Shown here one piece after another: positions 1 through 21,881 of a stretch of DNA of 64,000 bases (position 1 is the first letter of the stretch; every line of letters starts with the position of its first letter). The stretch lies in assembly GCF_009914755.1 (NCBI RefSeq), contig NC_060940.1, one strand, 5' to 3'. Made by a program: the position numbers and the translations under genes. Origin of the DNA: the human T2T-CHM13v2.0 reference genome, Homo sapiens. The notes under the pieces are model-generated. The model saw nothing but the letters and a program-made list of their open reading frames with translations. It was not told where the DNA came from and searched no databases.

Positions 1-2558
<2,558 letters not shown>

Positions 2559-2559
2559 T

Positions 2560-2950
2560 AGAATTTTACTGTCCAATAGAATGCTAATAGAGTTCAAATT
2601 TTTAAATTAGGCTAGAAAAAGGAAGAAAGAAAACTCAGGTAATTCCATTGAAAATGTGCAGGTAGAAAACAATAAGGAACAATTATAGTAAATAGGAACT
2701 AAAGATAAAATAGTATATATAAATGGAAATAAACTGGTAATTATAATAATGGTAAATAAACCTTTACCAGTTAGAAAAAACATATACTCACATGTTGGAG
2801 TAGGAAACTCAGAAAATCAGACTAGAATTATCAAAAGCAAAGGAAATGTAAATATTGGTATATTCACATAATAGAGAAATATTATCTAAAAGTAACCAGC
2901 ATAGTAATATTAATATCAGACCAAATATATAGGTGATAATATAAAAAGCA
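2560..2950 (+). mobile_element. Old L1M fragment (start of ORF2)
   Basis: A-rich, degenerate L1-like sequence; it continues after the younger L1 at 3735. Confidence 0.5.
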
Positions 2951-2951
2951 T

Positions 2952-3736
2952 TGTTAAACAGGCACTTATCAGAAGAAGACACATACGTGGCCAAAAAACA
3001 TATGAAAAAATTCTCAACATCACTTATTATTAGAGAAATGCAAATCAAAACCACAGTGAGATGTCATCTCATACCCATCAGAATGACTACTATTAAAATG
3101 TCAAGAAATAATAGATGCTGGCCAGGTTGTGGAGAAAAGGAAATGCTTATACACTGTTGGTGGAAAGGTAAATTAATTCAGTCACTGTGGAAAGTAGTTT
3201 GGCGATTTCTCAAAGAACTCAAAGCAGAACTAGCATTTGACCCAGCAAATGCATTATAGTGTATATATCCAAAGGAATATAGATCGTTCTACCATAAAGA
3301 CACATATACATGTGTATATTCGTTGCAGCACAATAGCAAAGACATGGAATCGACCTAAATGCCCAATGATGGTAGAACGGATAAAGGAAATGTGGCACAT
3401 ACACACCAAGGAATACTATGCAGCAACATGGTTGGAGATAGAGGTTATTATCCTAAGTAAACTACCATAGGAACAGAAAACCAAATATCACATGTTCTCA
3501 CTTTAAGTGGGAGCTAAACATTGAGTACATATGAACACAAAAAAAATGGAAAAATAGACATCGGAGCCTACTTGAGGATGGAGGCTGGAAGGAGAGTAAG
3601 GATTGAAAAACTACCTATCAGGCTCTATGCTTATTACCCGAGTGATAAAACAATCTGTACACCAAACCCCTGTGACATCCAATTTACCTATATAACAAAT
3701 CTGCACATGTACTCTTGAACCTAAAATAAAAATTTA
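2952..3736 (+). mobile_element. 5'-truncated LINE-1, L1PA15/16-like
   Basis: ORF2 C-terminus (HCWWKGKL) and old-L1PA 3'UTR ending gtactcttgaacctaaaataaaa. Confidence 0.85.
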
Positions 3737-3739
3737 AGG

Positions 3740-4870
3740 ATAAAGAGTTTTATGATATAATTGAAGGAGTATTTTCCTTACATATGCCTTATACTTACAT
3801 AAATCTAATGATATAGCCTTCCAGACAAAGCAAAAACAAAAGAAAAAAGAATTACAGAAAAAAGTTGACAAATCCACAATAAATATAGAATGTTTTAATG
3901 CATTACTGTCATTAATTGGTTTTTCGATTAAGCCATGAAAAATTTAAACAACACAATTGCCTTCATTTGCTATTATGATTGTGGATATAATAGGTCTATA
4001 AGGAACACTGGACCTTTTGCAACAGTTCTAGAATATTCATTCTTTTCAAATACACCTCAAACAGTTACAAAACTTGACCAAGTACTAGGTTACAAAACAA
4101 GTCTCAAAATATACCAAACAACAAATGTTACACAAACGACATTCTCTGACCATATGTAATAAAATGATTAATCATTAACAAAACAATAATCCCATATCAC
4201 TTGTACATTTATAATTTTTCTAAAAAGCACATTTAAAAATAATTCATGGGTCAAACAACAAGATAGAAACTAGGAAAGATTTAGTACTAAGCAACAATGA
4301 AAAAAATTGCACATGAAAATTGATAAGATGTAGCTAAAGCAATACTTAGGAATTTATAGCTTTAAATCTATGTACTGAAGGAAGAAGAAACAAATAGTAT
4401 TTCAAAAATCATATTGGCAAAAATGTAAAACTTAAAATTTCAAATGCAGTCTAGAATTTGAAATGATAGAAACTTTCATAATGGAGCTGGAAGGAGTGTA
4501 AATTGATACTACTATTTTAGAAAACATCTTGGTAATAATTGTAGAGTTGGTTCTTTAGGACCCAACAATTCCACTACAAGGAAATAACATATCCTAAAGT
4601 AACTCACACTAGGCACAAAAAATTTACAAGAGTGTTCATAGCTACATTATTTATTATTGCAAAAAATTGAGACTCAACCTATGTGTTTATCAATGAGAAA
4701 GTAAACAAATAAATTGTGTATGTGTAAATAATAAATGAATGAATTGATACTATACACCAGTTAAGCAAACCATAACTGAGTTTATTTAGTTTAATCTCAA
4801 CCACTTAATGTTGAGTAAGGAAAAAAGGCATCTTAGAAGGATATGTACTGTGTGATTCCATTTGTTTTTT
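3740..4870 (+). mobile_element. Old L1ME-like fragments
   Basis: Degenerate ORF2 endonuclease and 3' region similarity (attctctgaccatatgtaataaaa; ggaaggagtgtaaattgatac). Confidence 0.55.
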
Positions 4871-5070
4871 AATTTTTACTTTAAAAATATTGGCTTTATT
4901 TTCTAGAGCAGTTTTAGGTTTACAGCAGTATTATAGCAATATCTGCTATAAATTTGAATTACATTTATTTTCAAGACATCAAAATAAGAAAGCAAACAAG
5001 AATATTTTGCATTAATTGTCAAAATAAGATTAATATTAGAACGTATATTTTATTATATTTTGTCTTGTTT

Positions 5071-5360
5071 ATTTTTTTTAAGAAAGGGTCTCACTGTTGC
5101 CTAAGCTGGAGTGCAGTGACATGATTACTACTCACTGCAGCATCAATCTCCTGGGCTCAAGTAATCCTCCCACCTCAGCCACCCAAGAAGCTGGAACCAC
5201 AGGTGCATACCACAATGCCTGGCTAATTTTTTGTATTTTTTGTAAAGATGGGGTTTTACCATGTTGCCCAGGCTGATCTTGAACTTGTGAGCACAAGCAA
5301 TCTGCTGGCCTCAGCCTCTCAAAGTGCTGGGATTATAGGTATGAGCCACCATGCTGGGCC
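5071..5360 (-). mobile_element. AluJ
   Basis: Reverse Alu dimer, strongly CpG-decayed, with AluJ-type ctcctgggctcaagtaatcctccc. Confidence 0.9.
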
Positions 5361-5463
5361 TGAAATATTTTATTAAAGACTTAAAGTTACTAAGAGGTGA
5401 ACAAAATTATTTTTAGGACAGTGTTTAAAAAATACTGTTTTTTTTTTTCTTCTTATAAAACAG

Positions 5464-5525
5464 ATTTTGAGGTTCGATCAATCTTCACTGTGGAAAGGAA
5501 GACTACCACTGGGTCTTCCTTTATG
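5464..5525 (+). ncRNA. Candidate 62-nt internal exon of an unidentified, probably non-coding transcript
   Basis: Long polypyrimidine tract then aaaacag| acceptor at 5463; ATG|gtgagt donor at 5526-5531; unique sequence between repeats. Confidence 0.55.
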
Positions 5526-5859
5526 GTGAGTTTTATATTTTTATATTGTTAGTTAGCATCATTTTGTGTCAACTTGAAGAACTCCTTTTAGCATTTCTTA
5601 TAAGGCAGGTCTAACAGTGATGAACTTCCACAGCTTTTGTATTTCTGGGAAAGTCTTTATTTCTCTTCTTTCTGCAGGAGTGCTTTGTTAGGTATAATGT
5701 TCTTGGTTGGCAATTTTTTTTCTTTTAGAACTTTGAATATATCATCCTACTCTCCTGGCATGCAAGGTTTCTGTTGAGAAATCTGCTGATATTCATAGGA
5801 AGATTCCTTTGTATGTGACAAGTCACTCTTATCTCGCTACTTTCTATTTATTTTTATTA

Positions 5860-6162
5860 CTTTTTATTTAGTTTTTTTTTGAGATGGAGTCTCGCTCTGT
5901 CACCCAGGTTGGAGTTCAGTGGCATGATCTTGGCTCACTGCAAGCTCCACCTCCCAGGTTCACACCATTCTCCTGCCTCAGCCTCCTGAGTGGCTGGGAC
6001 TACAGGCACCCGCCACCATGCCTGGCTAATTTTTTTTGTATTTTTAGTAGAGATGGGGTTTCACGGTGTTAGCCAGGATGGTCTCGATCTCCTGACCTTG
6101 TGATCTGGCTGCCTCGGCCTCCCAAAGTGCTGGGATTGCAAGCATGAGCCACCGCGTCTGGC
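5860..6162 (-). mobile_element. AluY inserted into the tail of an older Alu
   Basis: AluY diagnostics caagctcc, ccattctcc, gttagccaggatggtctcgatc. Confidence 0.9.
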
Positions 6163-6478
6163 TTATTATTATTATTATTATTATTATGTTTGTTTTTTGT
6201 TTTTTAGGGGCAAACTTTGCAACTTACTTTATTGATTTATTTATTTTTATTTTTTAATTTTTTAATTTTTTTTAAATTATACTTTAAGTTTTAGGGTACA
6301 TGTGCACATTGTGCAGGTTAGTTACATATGTATACATGTGCCATGCTGGTGCACTGCACCCACTAACTCGTCATCTAGCATTAGGTATATCTCCCAATGC
6401 TATCCCTCCCCCCTCCCCCCTCCCCACCACAGTCCCCAGAGTGATATTCCCCTTCCTGTGTCCATGTGATCTCATTGT

Positions 6479-10329
<3,851 letters not shown>

Positions 10330-10368
10330 TCATTAGTTGATGCACTTTCTTCCTAGTCTCGATGGTCT

Positions 10369-11385
10369 TTACATTTTGGCATGATTTTGCAGTGGCTGGT
10401 ACCGGTTGTTCCTTTCCATGTTTAGCGCTTCCTTCAGGAGCTCTCTTAGGGCAGGCCTGGTGGTGACAAAATCTCTCAGCATTTGCTTGTCTGTAAAGTA
10501 TTTTATTTCTCCTTCACTTATGAAGCTTAGTTTGGCTGGATATGAAATTCTGGGTTGAAAATTCTTTTCTTTAAGAATGTTGAATATTGGCCCCCACTCT
10601 CTTCTGGCTTGTAGGGTTTCTGCTGAGAGATCCGCTGTTAGTCTGATGGGCTTCCCTTTGAGGGTAACCCCACCTTTCTCTCTGGCTGCCCTTAACATTT
10701 TTTCCTTCATTTCAACTTTGGTGAATCTGACAATTATGTGTCTTGGAGTTGCTCTTCTCGAGGAGTATCTTTGTGGCGTTCTCTGTATTTCCTGAATCTG
10801 AACGTTGGCCTGCCTTGCTAGATTGGGGAAGTTCTCCTGGATAATATCCTGCAGAGTGTTTTCCAACTTGGTTCCATTCTCCCCATCACTTTCAGGTACA
10901 CCAATGAGATGTAGATTTGGTCTTTTCACATAGTCCCATATTTCTTGGAGGCTTTGCTCATTTCTTTTTATTCTTTTTTCTCTAAACTTCCCTTCTCGCT
11001 TCATTTCATTCATTTCATCTTCCATTGCTGATACCCTTTCTTCCAGTTGATCGCATCGGCTCCTGAGGCTTCTGCATTCTTCACGTAGTTCTCGAGCCTT
11101 GGTTTTCAGCTCCATCAACTCCTTTAAGCACTTCTCTGTATTGGTTATTCTAGTTGTACATTCTTCTAAATTTTTTTCAAAGTTTTCAACTTCTTTGCCT
11201 TTGGTTTGAATGTCCTCCCATAGCTCAGAGTAATTTGATCGTCTGAAGCCTTCTTCTCTCAGCTCGTCAAAATCATTCTCCATCCAGCTTTGTTCCGTTA
11301 CTGGTGAGGAACTGCGTTCCTTTGGAGGAGGAGAGGCACTCTGCGTTTTAGAGTTTCCAGTTTTTCTGTTCTGTTTTTTCCCCAT
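10369..11385 (-). CDS. L1 ORF1p, 338 aa, open frame (R159H)
   Basis: Full-length MGKKQNRK...QNHAKM; REKG, ARR and YPAKLS motifs present. Confidence 0.95.
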   Translation of the reverse strand: MGKKQNRKTGNSKTQSASPPPKERSSSPVTEQSWMENDFDELREEGFRRSNYSELWEDIQTKGKEVENFEKNLEECTTRITNTEKCLKELMELKTKARELREECRSLRSRCDQLEERVSAMEDEMNEMKREGKFREKRIKRNEQSLQEIWDYVKRPNLHLIGVPESDGENGTKLENTLQDIIQENFPNLARQANVQIQEIQRTPQRYSSRRATPRHIIVRFTKVEMKEKMLRAAREKGGVTLKGKPIRLTADLSAETLQARREWGPIFNILKEKNFQPRISYPAKLSFISEGEIKYFTDKQMLRDFVTTRPALRELLKEALNMERNNRYQPLQNHAKM

Positions 11386-12594
<1,209 letters not shown>

Positions 12595-13033
12595 TATCTA
12601 GCTACTTTCAAAGTTCTCGCTTTGTATTTAGCTTTTGAGAATTTGATTATGATATGTCTCAATAAAGATCTTATATTTAATATTTGCAGTTCTTTGGTCT
12701 TTATGGATCTGGATATTCATTTCCCTCTCCAAATTTGGGAAATTTTCCATTATTATTTCTTATGTAAGCTTTCTTTTCCTTTCTCTTTTTCTGCTCCTTT
12801 TGGGACTCCCATAGTATGAATATTAGCTTGCTTTTTTGGGGTCCTATGAGTTCCACAGGAATTCTTTACTCTTTTTCATTCTTTTTCTGTTTGTTTGTTT
12901 CTCTGGTTCTTTTCAAATGATCTGTTTTCAAGTTCACTGATTCTTTATTCTACTTAATTGAGTCCATTGAAACTCTATTGAATTTTGCATTTTAGTCATT
13001 GTATTCTCAGCTCTAGGATTTTTGTTTGGTCCT

Positions 13034-13387
13034 TGTATTAGTCTGTTTTCATGTTGCTGATAAAGACATACCTGAGACTGAGTAATTCATAAAAAAAAGT
13101 TTAATGGACTCAAGTTTCCATGTGGCTGGGGAGTCCTCACAATCATGGCAGAAGGGGAGAGGCATGTCTTACATGGTGGCAGACAAGAGAAAAATGAGAA
13201 CTAAGTGAAAGGGGTTTCCCTTTATAAAACCATCAGATCTCATGAGACTTATTCACTACAACGAGAACTGTATGAAGGAAACTGCCACCATGATTCAGTT
13301 ATCTTCCACTAGGTCCCTCCCACAACACATGGGAATTATGGGAGCCACAATTTGAGATTTGGGTGGGGACAGAGCCAAACCATATCA
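13034..13387 (-). mobile_element. THE1 (MaLR) solo LTR
   Basis: tgtattagtc...gctgataaagacatacc...ccaaaccatatca, 354 bp. Confidence 0.88.
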
Positions 13388-13404
13388 ATTATTTTTTATG
13401 GTTT

Positions 13405-14140
<736 letters not shown>

Positions 14141-15301
14141 GGTTTCTATCTCTTTGTTGAACTTTTCTTTTTGCTTACATATTGTTTTGATTTCATTTAG
14201 TTGTTCTCTTGTAGCTCACTGAACTTCTTTGAGACAATTATTTTGAATTCTGTGTCAGGAAATTCATAGATCTCCATTTCTTTAGTGTCAGTTACTTTTT
14301 ATTTATTTGATGGTGTCATATTTGCCTGATTATTTGTGATCTTTGTGGCCTTGCATTGGTGTCTGCACATTTGAAGGAATAGGAACCCTTTCTACTATTT
14401 ACAGACTGGCTTTGGCAGGAGGAGCCCTTTACTAGTCAGCCCATCAAGAGATTCGGAGCAAGCCATCTGGATGGATCCACGGACAGACTTGCTTCTGGAG
14501 TTCTTTGGTGGGCTGGATTGGTGCCTGGGTCAACAGGTGAAAGTGCATATTGCCTGGGTACCAAAGGACTGGCCTGGTGCTTGGTTCATGGGAGCCATTC
14601 TGGAGCCTGTGTCCATGGAAGCTAAACCTGGAGCTTAGGACTGTGGGGGCAGGCCTAGAGTCCATGTCCACGGGTGTCAGCTTAAAGCCTGGGTTCATGG
14701 GGGCCAAGGTGGTGCCAGGATGACCCTTGAGCCTGAGTCTACAGGAGTCAGAGTGGTGCTGGGGTCCACTGGGGCAAATCTTGTTCTGAGATCTGTGGGA
14801 GTTGGCCTGGATCCTGTGGCCATGGGGATAGACCTGCAACCTGGGGTTATGGGGGCTGGGTTGGCACCAGAGTTCACTGGGGTAGGCTTAGTGTTGGGGT
14901 GTGTGGGAAAGTTGGGTGCCCATTTCACTCTCCGTCTCCTAAGTGGAGGGTATCTGTCCATACTGTACTGTTCAGGCTGGCAGGGAGAGGTGATGTGGGC
15001 AATGTGAAACTGTCTTTCCTACCATCTTCAATGTGTCATTTCTTATTTCTGTCCTCCACCCAAGTGCTGCAATCTCTCACCTGGATTCCTTAGCCTTCGT
15101 AAAGGTATTTTCATGTGTGGATAGTTGTTCCAATTTGTGTTTCTGCAAAAGCATGAGTACTGGAAATTTGTATTCTAGACTCTTGCTGACATCATCCCAT
15201 TTATAGTAAGTTTAAAGCTATGCACAATAATACTCTATGCTGGTTAGAGTTGCATACCTATACAGTAAGGTAAAATATACATTTGCTTGATAACCTTTAA
15301 A

Positions 15302-15588
<287 letters not shown>

Positions 15589-16218
15589 AGATAGTGGTTA
15601 TTTCTGATAGAAAGGAAGAGGAGGGAAATAAAAGTTGTCTCCATTGCATCTTATTTCTTTAGCTAGGTACATCGTGTTTATTAAGCTATTTTTTTATTCA
15701 TTTCAAAGCATGAAGTAATTAATTATCACTACCCAAATAAAAGATAAATATTGAGTGAATTTTATTTATTCAGATAAGAATCTATAGAACACAGAGCAAG
15801 CCCAATAAGTGGAAGGAAATAAGTAGTAGAAACAAGAACAAAAATTAGGAGAATGAAATAAAACGAAAGGCTAGGTTTTTAAGAAGCTTAGTGAAACAGA
15901 CAACTGGCAAACTTGATCAAGATAAAAATGGAGTAGATATAAATAAAAAGTATTAGACCTGAAAAAGGTAATGACTACTGATCCAGTAGAGATGAAAAAA
16001 TCGTAAGAGAACACTATGAACAACTTTATGCCAATGCATCTGAAAACACACAAAAAAACTGACTGTTTTTAGAAACGGACTCAAGGTAAAATAGGAAACT
16101 TTAATAGACTTATAACCATTAGAGAAGACAGAAGTAAAAAATCTATAATTCAACACTTTTCTAGGTTAGTTGGATTTATAGGTGTGTTTTGTCACATTTT
16201 AAGAAACATGTGATCCCT

Positions 16219-16541
16219 GACTGGGTGCAGTGGCTCACACCTGTAATGCCAACCCTTTGGGAGCTTAGGCAGGCGGCTCACTTGAGGTCAGGAGTTTGAG
16301 ATCAGCCTGTCCAACACGGTGAAATCCCATTTCTACTAAAAATACAAAAAATTAGCTGGCATGGTGGTGTGTGCCTGTAGTCCCAGCTAGGCTGAGGCAA
16401 AAGAATTGCTTGAACCCGGGAGGCAGAGGTTGCAGTGATCCAAGATCACACCACTGCACTCTAGCCTGGGTGACAGCTCTGTCTCAAAACAAACAAACAA
16501 ACAACAAAAAAACAAACAAACAAACAAACAAAACCACCCAA
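16219..16541 (+). mobile_element. AluS with (CAAA)n tail
   Basis: Forward Alu; degenerate TSD aaacatgtgatccc / aaacatctgagccc. Confidence 0.88.
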
Positions 16542-16923
16542 AAACATCTGAGCCCAATTGTGTATAAATAATCCAATATAATAATAAGGATAAAAACCTG
16601 TCTACATTTTTTATATCCTTGATACATTCCTGAAGAGAATTTTAAAAACTATAGGCTTTTAATAGCTAAAAGATAACTGCAAATTATGTTCTTTATGTTT
16701 ATTTAGACATTCTAAATAACCTGCTAGCAAAGCAATGTGAATCAAGCAATAAATAAATAAAATAATGCATCATGACTAAGTAGACTTTATTTCAGGAATA
16801 TAAGGAAGATTTGACATATAAAGCCTTTAGTTTAATTTATCACATTGACAGAGAAAAAGAGAAAAGTATAATAATCACCTCAATAGGTAGAGAAAAAGCA
16901 TTTAGTAAAAATTCAATACACAT

Positions 16924-17295
16924 TGCTATGGACTGAATTGTATCCCTCTAAAATTAGTATTTTTGAGCCCTAACACCCAATATGATGATTATTGGTCAGG
17001 AAGTCTTTGGGAGGTAAATATGGTTGATTAGATCATGAGGGTGGGGCCTTTATGATGGGATTAGTGACCCTCCAAAAGGAAGAATGCTCTTTCTCCCTTT
17101 CTCTCTTTCCCTGTGAGGATTCATCAAGAAGGCAGCCATATATTAGCCAGGAGGAGAGACCTCACTAGAAACTGCATCAGCTGGCACTTGATCTGGGACT
17201 TGTAGCTTTCAAAACTGTGAGAAAATAAATTTCTGTTGTTTAAGCTACCCAGTCTACATTTTTTTTTGTTATGGCAGCCCAAGGTGACTAACACA
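16924..17295 (+). mobile_element. MLT1A-like MaLR solo LTR
   Basis: tgctatggactgaattg...aataaatttctgttgtttaagc...gactaacaca. Confidence 0.8.
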
Positions 17296-17511
17296 CCCAT
17301 CGATAATAAAAATTTATATAAAACTAGGAATATGAGAACACATCCTGAAACTGACAGCATCTTATAAAAAGCTACTGCAAATATAATTCATAGTAAAAAT
17401 TTTAAAAACATTTCTATACAATTCAGGGACAATATTTTAATTGAAGGTGTAGTCATTGTAATAAAAACAAATAAAAATGTAAGGAATCAAAGAAAAGTAA
17501 CAAAAACCTTA

Positions 17512-17568
17512 CAATTCACAAGTTATATAAAATCCAATAGCAATTCACAAGTTATATAAAATCCAATA
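17512..17568. repeat. 29-bp tandem duplication
   Basis: caattcacaagttatataaaatccaata occurs twice. Confidence 0.9.
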
Positions 17569-17724
17569 CATAGAAAATCCAATAGCATCTCGATTAAAAT
17601 TATTACCAGTAATAGGAAAGTTCAGCAAGTTTACTGGTTCTTAGATAAATATACAAAAAATCAATTATATTTCTAGGTACCAACAACAATGACAAAATGT
17701 AGATTTAAAAAATATGCCATTTTG

Positions 17725-18300
17725 ACAAATGCATAGAGTTGTATAACTATCACCATCACTCCCCAAATTTCCCTTGTAATCCTCTGCAGTTAATCCTGTA
17801 CCCTCCTCCTTAACCTCTCACACCACTGATCTGGTTTTCACAGTTTTTTCTCTCCAGAAACTCAAGTAAATGGAATCATAGAGTTTATTTAGTCTTTGCT
17901 GTTTGATGTTTTCATTTTGAATATATGTTTTTCCATGTATTAGCGGCTTGTTACTTTTTATTCCTGAATGGTATCCTATTGTGTAGATACACCACTGTTT
18001 TTTTTAAATCAAATTACCAGTTGACAGACATTTGAGTTGTAGTGATTATGATTAAAGCTTCTATGAAGTCTGGTGTAGAGATATTTATATGAATACATGT
18101 TTTCATTTCTTTTGGATAAATATCTAAGAGTGAGAATTACAGGGTTATATGGTACTAGGATGTTTAACCTTATTAGATACTGATAATCTGTTTTCCAAAA
18201 TGACTGTACCATTTTGCATTTCCACCAGAAATACATGAGAGTTCCAGTTGCTTCTCATCTTTGCTAGCATTTTGTTCTGTCAGGTTTTTAAGAATAATTC
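17725..18300 (-). mobile_element. Old L1M 3' end
   Basis: Reverse ORF2 C-terminus (FWWKCKMVQSFWK) and 3'UTR. Confidence 0.7.
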
Positions 18301-18394
18301 ACTCTTTTTTTTCAGTTTCATTCTTTTGGCTATATTATCCTAAATGCATCTTATAACATTTTCATTAATAAACTGCCATTTTGTTGTTGTTGTT

Positions 18395-18579
18395 TAATTT
18401 ATTTTTAATTTCAATAGGTTTTTGGGAAACAGGTGGTGTTTGGTTACATGAATAAGTTCTTTAGTGGTGATTTCTGAGACTTTGGTGCACCCATAGCCCA
18501 AGCAATGTACACTGTACCCAATGTGTAGTCTTTTATGCCTCATCCTTTCCCCCGAGTCCCCAAAGTCCACTGTATCATT
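18395..18579 (-). mobile_element. L1PB 3' end fragment
   Basis: tttcaataggtttttgggaaacaggtggtgtttggttacatgaataag is typical of the L1PB 3'UTR. Confidence 0.75.
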
Positions 18580-18931
18580 AGAAGAATTTACTTTTTTAGA
18601 GCAGCTTTAGAGTGACAGAAAAATTGAGAGGAAGGCATAAAGATATCCCATTCTTCCTCAACACATGCACAGATTCTCCATTATCAACATCCCCCACCAA
18701 AGCGGTACATCTGTTCTACCTGATCAACCTACATAGACGCTTCATTATCATACAAAGTTAATACTTTACATCGAGGTTCACTCTTGGTGGTGTACGTTCT
18801 GTGGGTTTGAATAAATTTAAAGTGATGTGTATTTACCTTTATAGTATCATACAGAATATGATAGATAGTATGATAGGATCCTAAAGATCCTCTGGACTCC
18901 ACCTATTCATTTCTCTATCCCTCCAATCCCT

Positions 18932-19379
18932 TATCTTAGTCTGTTTTGTGTTGCTATAACAGAATACCTGAAATTGGGTAATTTATTAAAAAAAAAAGGT
19001 TTACTTGGCTCATGATTCTTGAGACTGGGAAGTCTAAGAAGCATAGCACTAAAATCTGCTCTGTGTCTGGTGAAGGCCTCATGCTACATTATAACATGGC
19101 AGAGAAACAGAATATGTGGATATGACACAAGGGACCAACCATGAGAGGCAATTTCACTTTGTAACAGCCTGGTTCTGTGGGAACCAGTGAAAGCTAATCC
19201 ACTCTTGCCAGGAAAAGAACTCACCAGAAGAACAGCACCAACCTACTCACAATGGTGGAGCCCCCCTGACCTAAGTGCTTCTCACTGGACCCCATCTCTT
19301 AAAGGTTCCACCTCTTAACATTGCCACACTGGGAATTAAAGTTCCAACATGAGTTTTGGTGGGGACAAAAACAATGGCA
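18932..19379 (-). mobile_element. MST (MSTC-like) solo LTR
   Basis: cttagtctgttttgtgttgctataacagaatacctg...gagttttggtggggacaa. Confidence 0.75.
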
Positions 19380-19763
19380 CCCTGAACACCACTGATCTTT
19401 GTACTGTCTCCATAGTTTTGCATTTTCTAGAATGCCATATCATTAAAATCATATGGTGTGCAGCATTTTCAGATTGGCTTCTTTCAACTTAGTAATATGC
19501 ATTTAAGATTTCTCCATTTTTTTTATGGCTTGATAGCTTATTTCTTCTTAATGCTGAATAAATATTTCATTGTCTGAAGATACCAGTTTACCCATTCACC
19601 TACTGAAGGACATCTTAGTTGTTTTCAAGTTTTGGTAATTATGAATAAAGTGCTAGAAGCATTCTTGTGCACGTTATTGTGTAGATATTTTCAACTCTTT
19701 TGGATAAATAACAAGGAGTGTGACTGCGGGATTATAAGGCAAGAATATGTTTAGCTTTGTAGG

Positions 19764-20117
19764 TGTTTTAGTTCATTTGGGCTTCTGTTACAAAATACTT
19801 TAACTGGGTAGATTCAAAATGGGAGAAATTTATTTCTCACAGTTCTGGAATCTGGGAAGTCCAAGATCGAGGTGCACACAGATTCAGTATCTGGTGAAGA
19901 CCCACAGCAGAATTGAGTATTCTTGCTGTGTCCTCACATGGTGAAATGGATGAAGGGTTTCTGTTGGGCCTGTTTATAAAGATACTTATCCAATTAATGA
20001 GTGTTCCACCTTCATGAACTAATCAGCCCCCAAAGGCCCCATTTCCCAATACCATTACCTTGGGGGTTAGGATTTTAACATTTGAATTTTCAGGAGGACA
20101 CAATCAGATTATAGTAG
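19764..20117 (-). mobile_element. MLT1A0/MSTD-like solo LTR
   Basis: tgttttagttcatttgggc...aaatttatttctcacagttctgg; flanking gtagg/gtaga TSD. Confidence 0.75.
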
Positions 20118-20552
20118 TAGAAAACTGCCAAACTGTCTTCCAAAGAGGCTGCATGGTTTTGCATCCCCACCAGCAATAAATGAGAATTCATGTTGTTCCA
20201 CATCCTCATCAGCATTTGGTGTCTGACTCTTGACCTCTTACAGCTGCTCATCTGTCCTTCATTTCTATAATTTTTTCATGTCAATGGAATATTATTATAT
20301 GGAATAATGAATAATAAGTGCAATAATACAATATATAATCTTTTGGGATTGACTTTTTTCACTCAGCATAATTCTCTTAAGGTTCATCTGAAAAATAAGA
20401 AATGAGACATTATAGATACAGCAAAAGCCTGCTTGTCTTCCTTGTGCCTCCGTTCATCCCCAGAAGGGATTTTGGCTACATTAATAGGTATGCAGTGGTA
20501 TCTCACTGTTGTTTACTTTTCAATTCTATGATGATACTGATGTGAAGCATGA

Positions 20553-20962
<410 letters not shown>

Positions 20963-21792
20963 TATTGTTGAGTTTTAAGAGTTATTTGTATATTTGTATA
21001 TGTCTTTTGCAAATATTTTCTCCTAGTCTGTGGCTTGTCTTTTTATTCTCTTGACAGTGTCTTTGGAAGAACAAAAGTTTTTATTTTAATGAAGTTCAGC
21101 TTCCCCTCAATTCTTTCTTTCATAAATAATGGTGCTATTATCATATGTAAAATATTATCACCAAATTCAAGGTCATCTGGATTTTATCCTGTGTTATCTT
21201 TAGGAGTTTTATAGTTTTGTGTTATAGTCTGTGATCAGTTTTGAGTTAATTTATGTAAAGGGTGTATGGTCTGTTTCTAAGTTCATTTTCTGCTTGTGTA
21301 TGTTTAGTTTTTCTGGCACTATTTGTTGAAAATACTTTCTCCACTGCATAGCCTTTGCTCCTTTGTCAAAGATCAGTTTACTATATTCATGTGAGTGTAT
21401 TTCTGGGCTCTCTCTTCTGTTCCATTGATCTATTTGTCTGTTCTTTTGCCAATACCACATGGTCTTGATTAATGTAGTTTTATGGTGAGTCTCAAAGTCA
21501 GGTACTGCGAGTTCTCCAACTTTGTTCTTGTCCTTCAATACTGTGTTACATATTCTGACTCTTTTGCTCTTCATATAAACTTTAAAATCAATTTGCAGAT
21601 GTCTAAATAACTAGCAGGGGTTTGATTGGGATTGCATTAAATATATAAACCAGGGTGAGTAGGATTGATATCTTGACAATATCGAGTCACCCAATCCATG
21701 AGTGTGGTCTATCCATATATTTAGTTATTTTTAAATTTCTTTTATCAGAATTTTATAATTTTCCTCATATAGCTTTGTATATATTTTGTTCA

Positions 21793-21881
21793 ATTTATAC
21801 CTAAGTATTTCTTAGGTATAAATATTATACCTAAGAATATTATAGTATTACCTAAGTATAATATTATAGTATTACCTAAGT
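21793..21881. repeat. Inverted plus tandem repeat scar
   Basis: 13-bp arms at 21793-21805 and 21811-21823; second fold-back at 21825-21837; 22-bp direct repeats at 21836-21857 and 21860-21881. Confidence 0.85.

Larger units (their letters stand above)
15740..17720 (+). mobile_element. Old L1ME ORF2 fragments, interrupted by Alu and MLT1
   Basis: Degenerate ORF2-like sequence (gaacactatgaacaactttatgccaat; gagaaaaagcatttagtaaaaattcaata). Confidence 0.6.

Noticed and set aside
14400-14900. Short recurring gggtcca/ggagcctg motifs resembling a repeat array or CRISPR
   Set aside because: No constant repeat-spacer periodicity; consistent with an old L1M 5'UTR in a eukaryotic genome.
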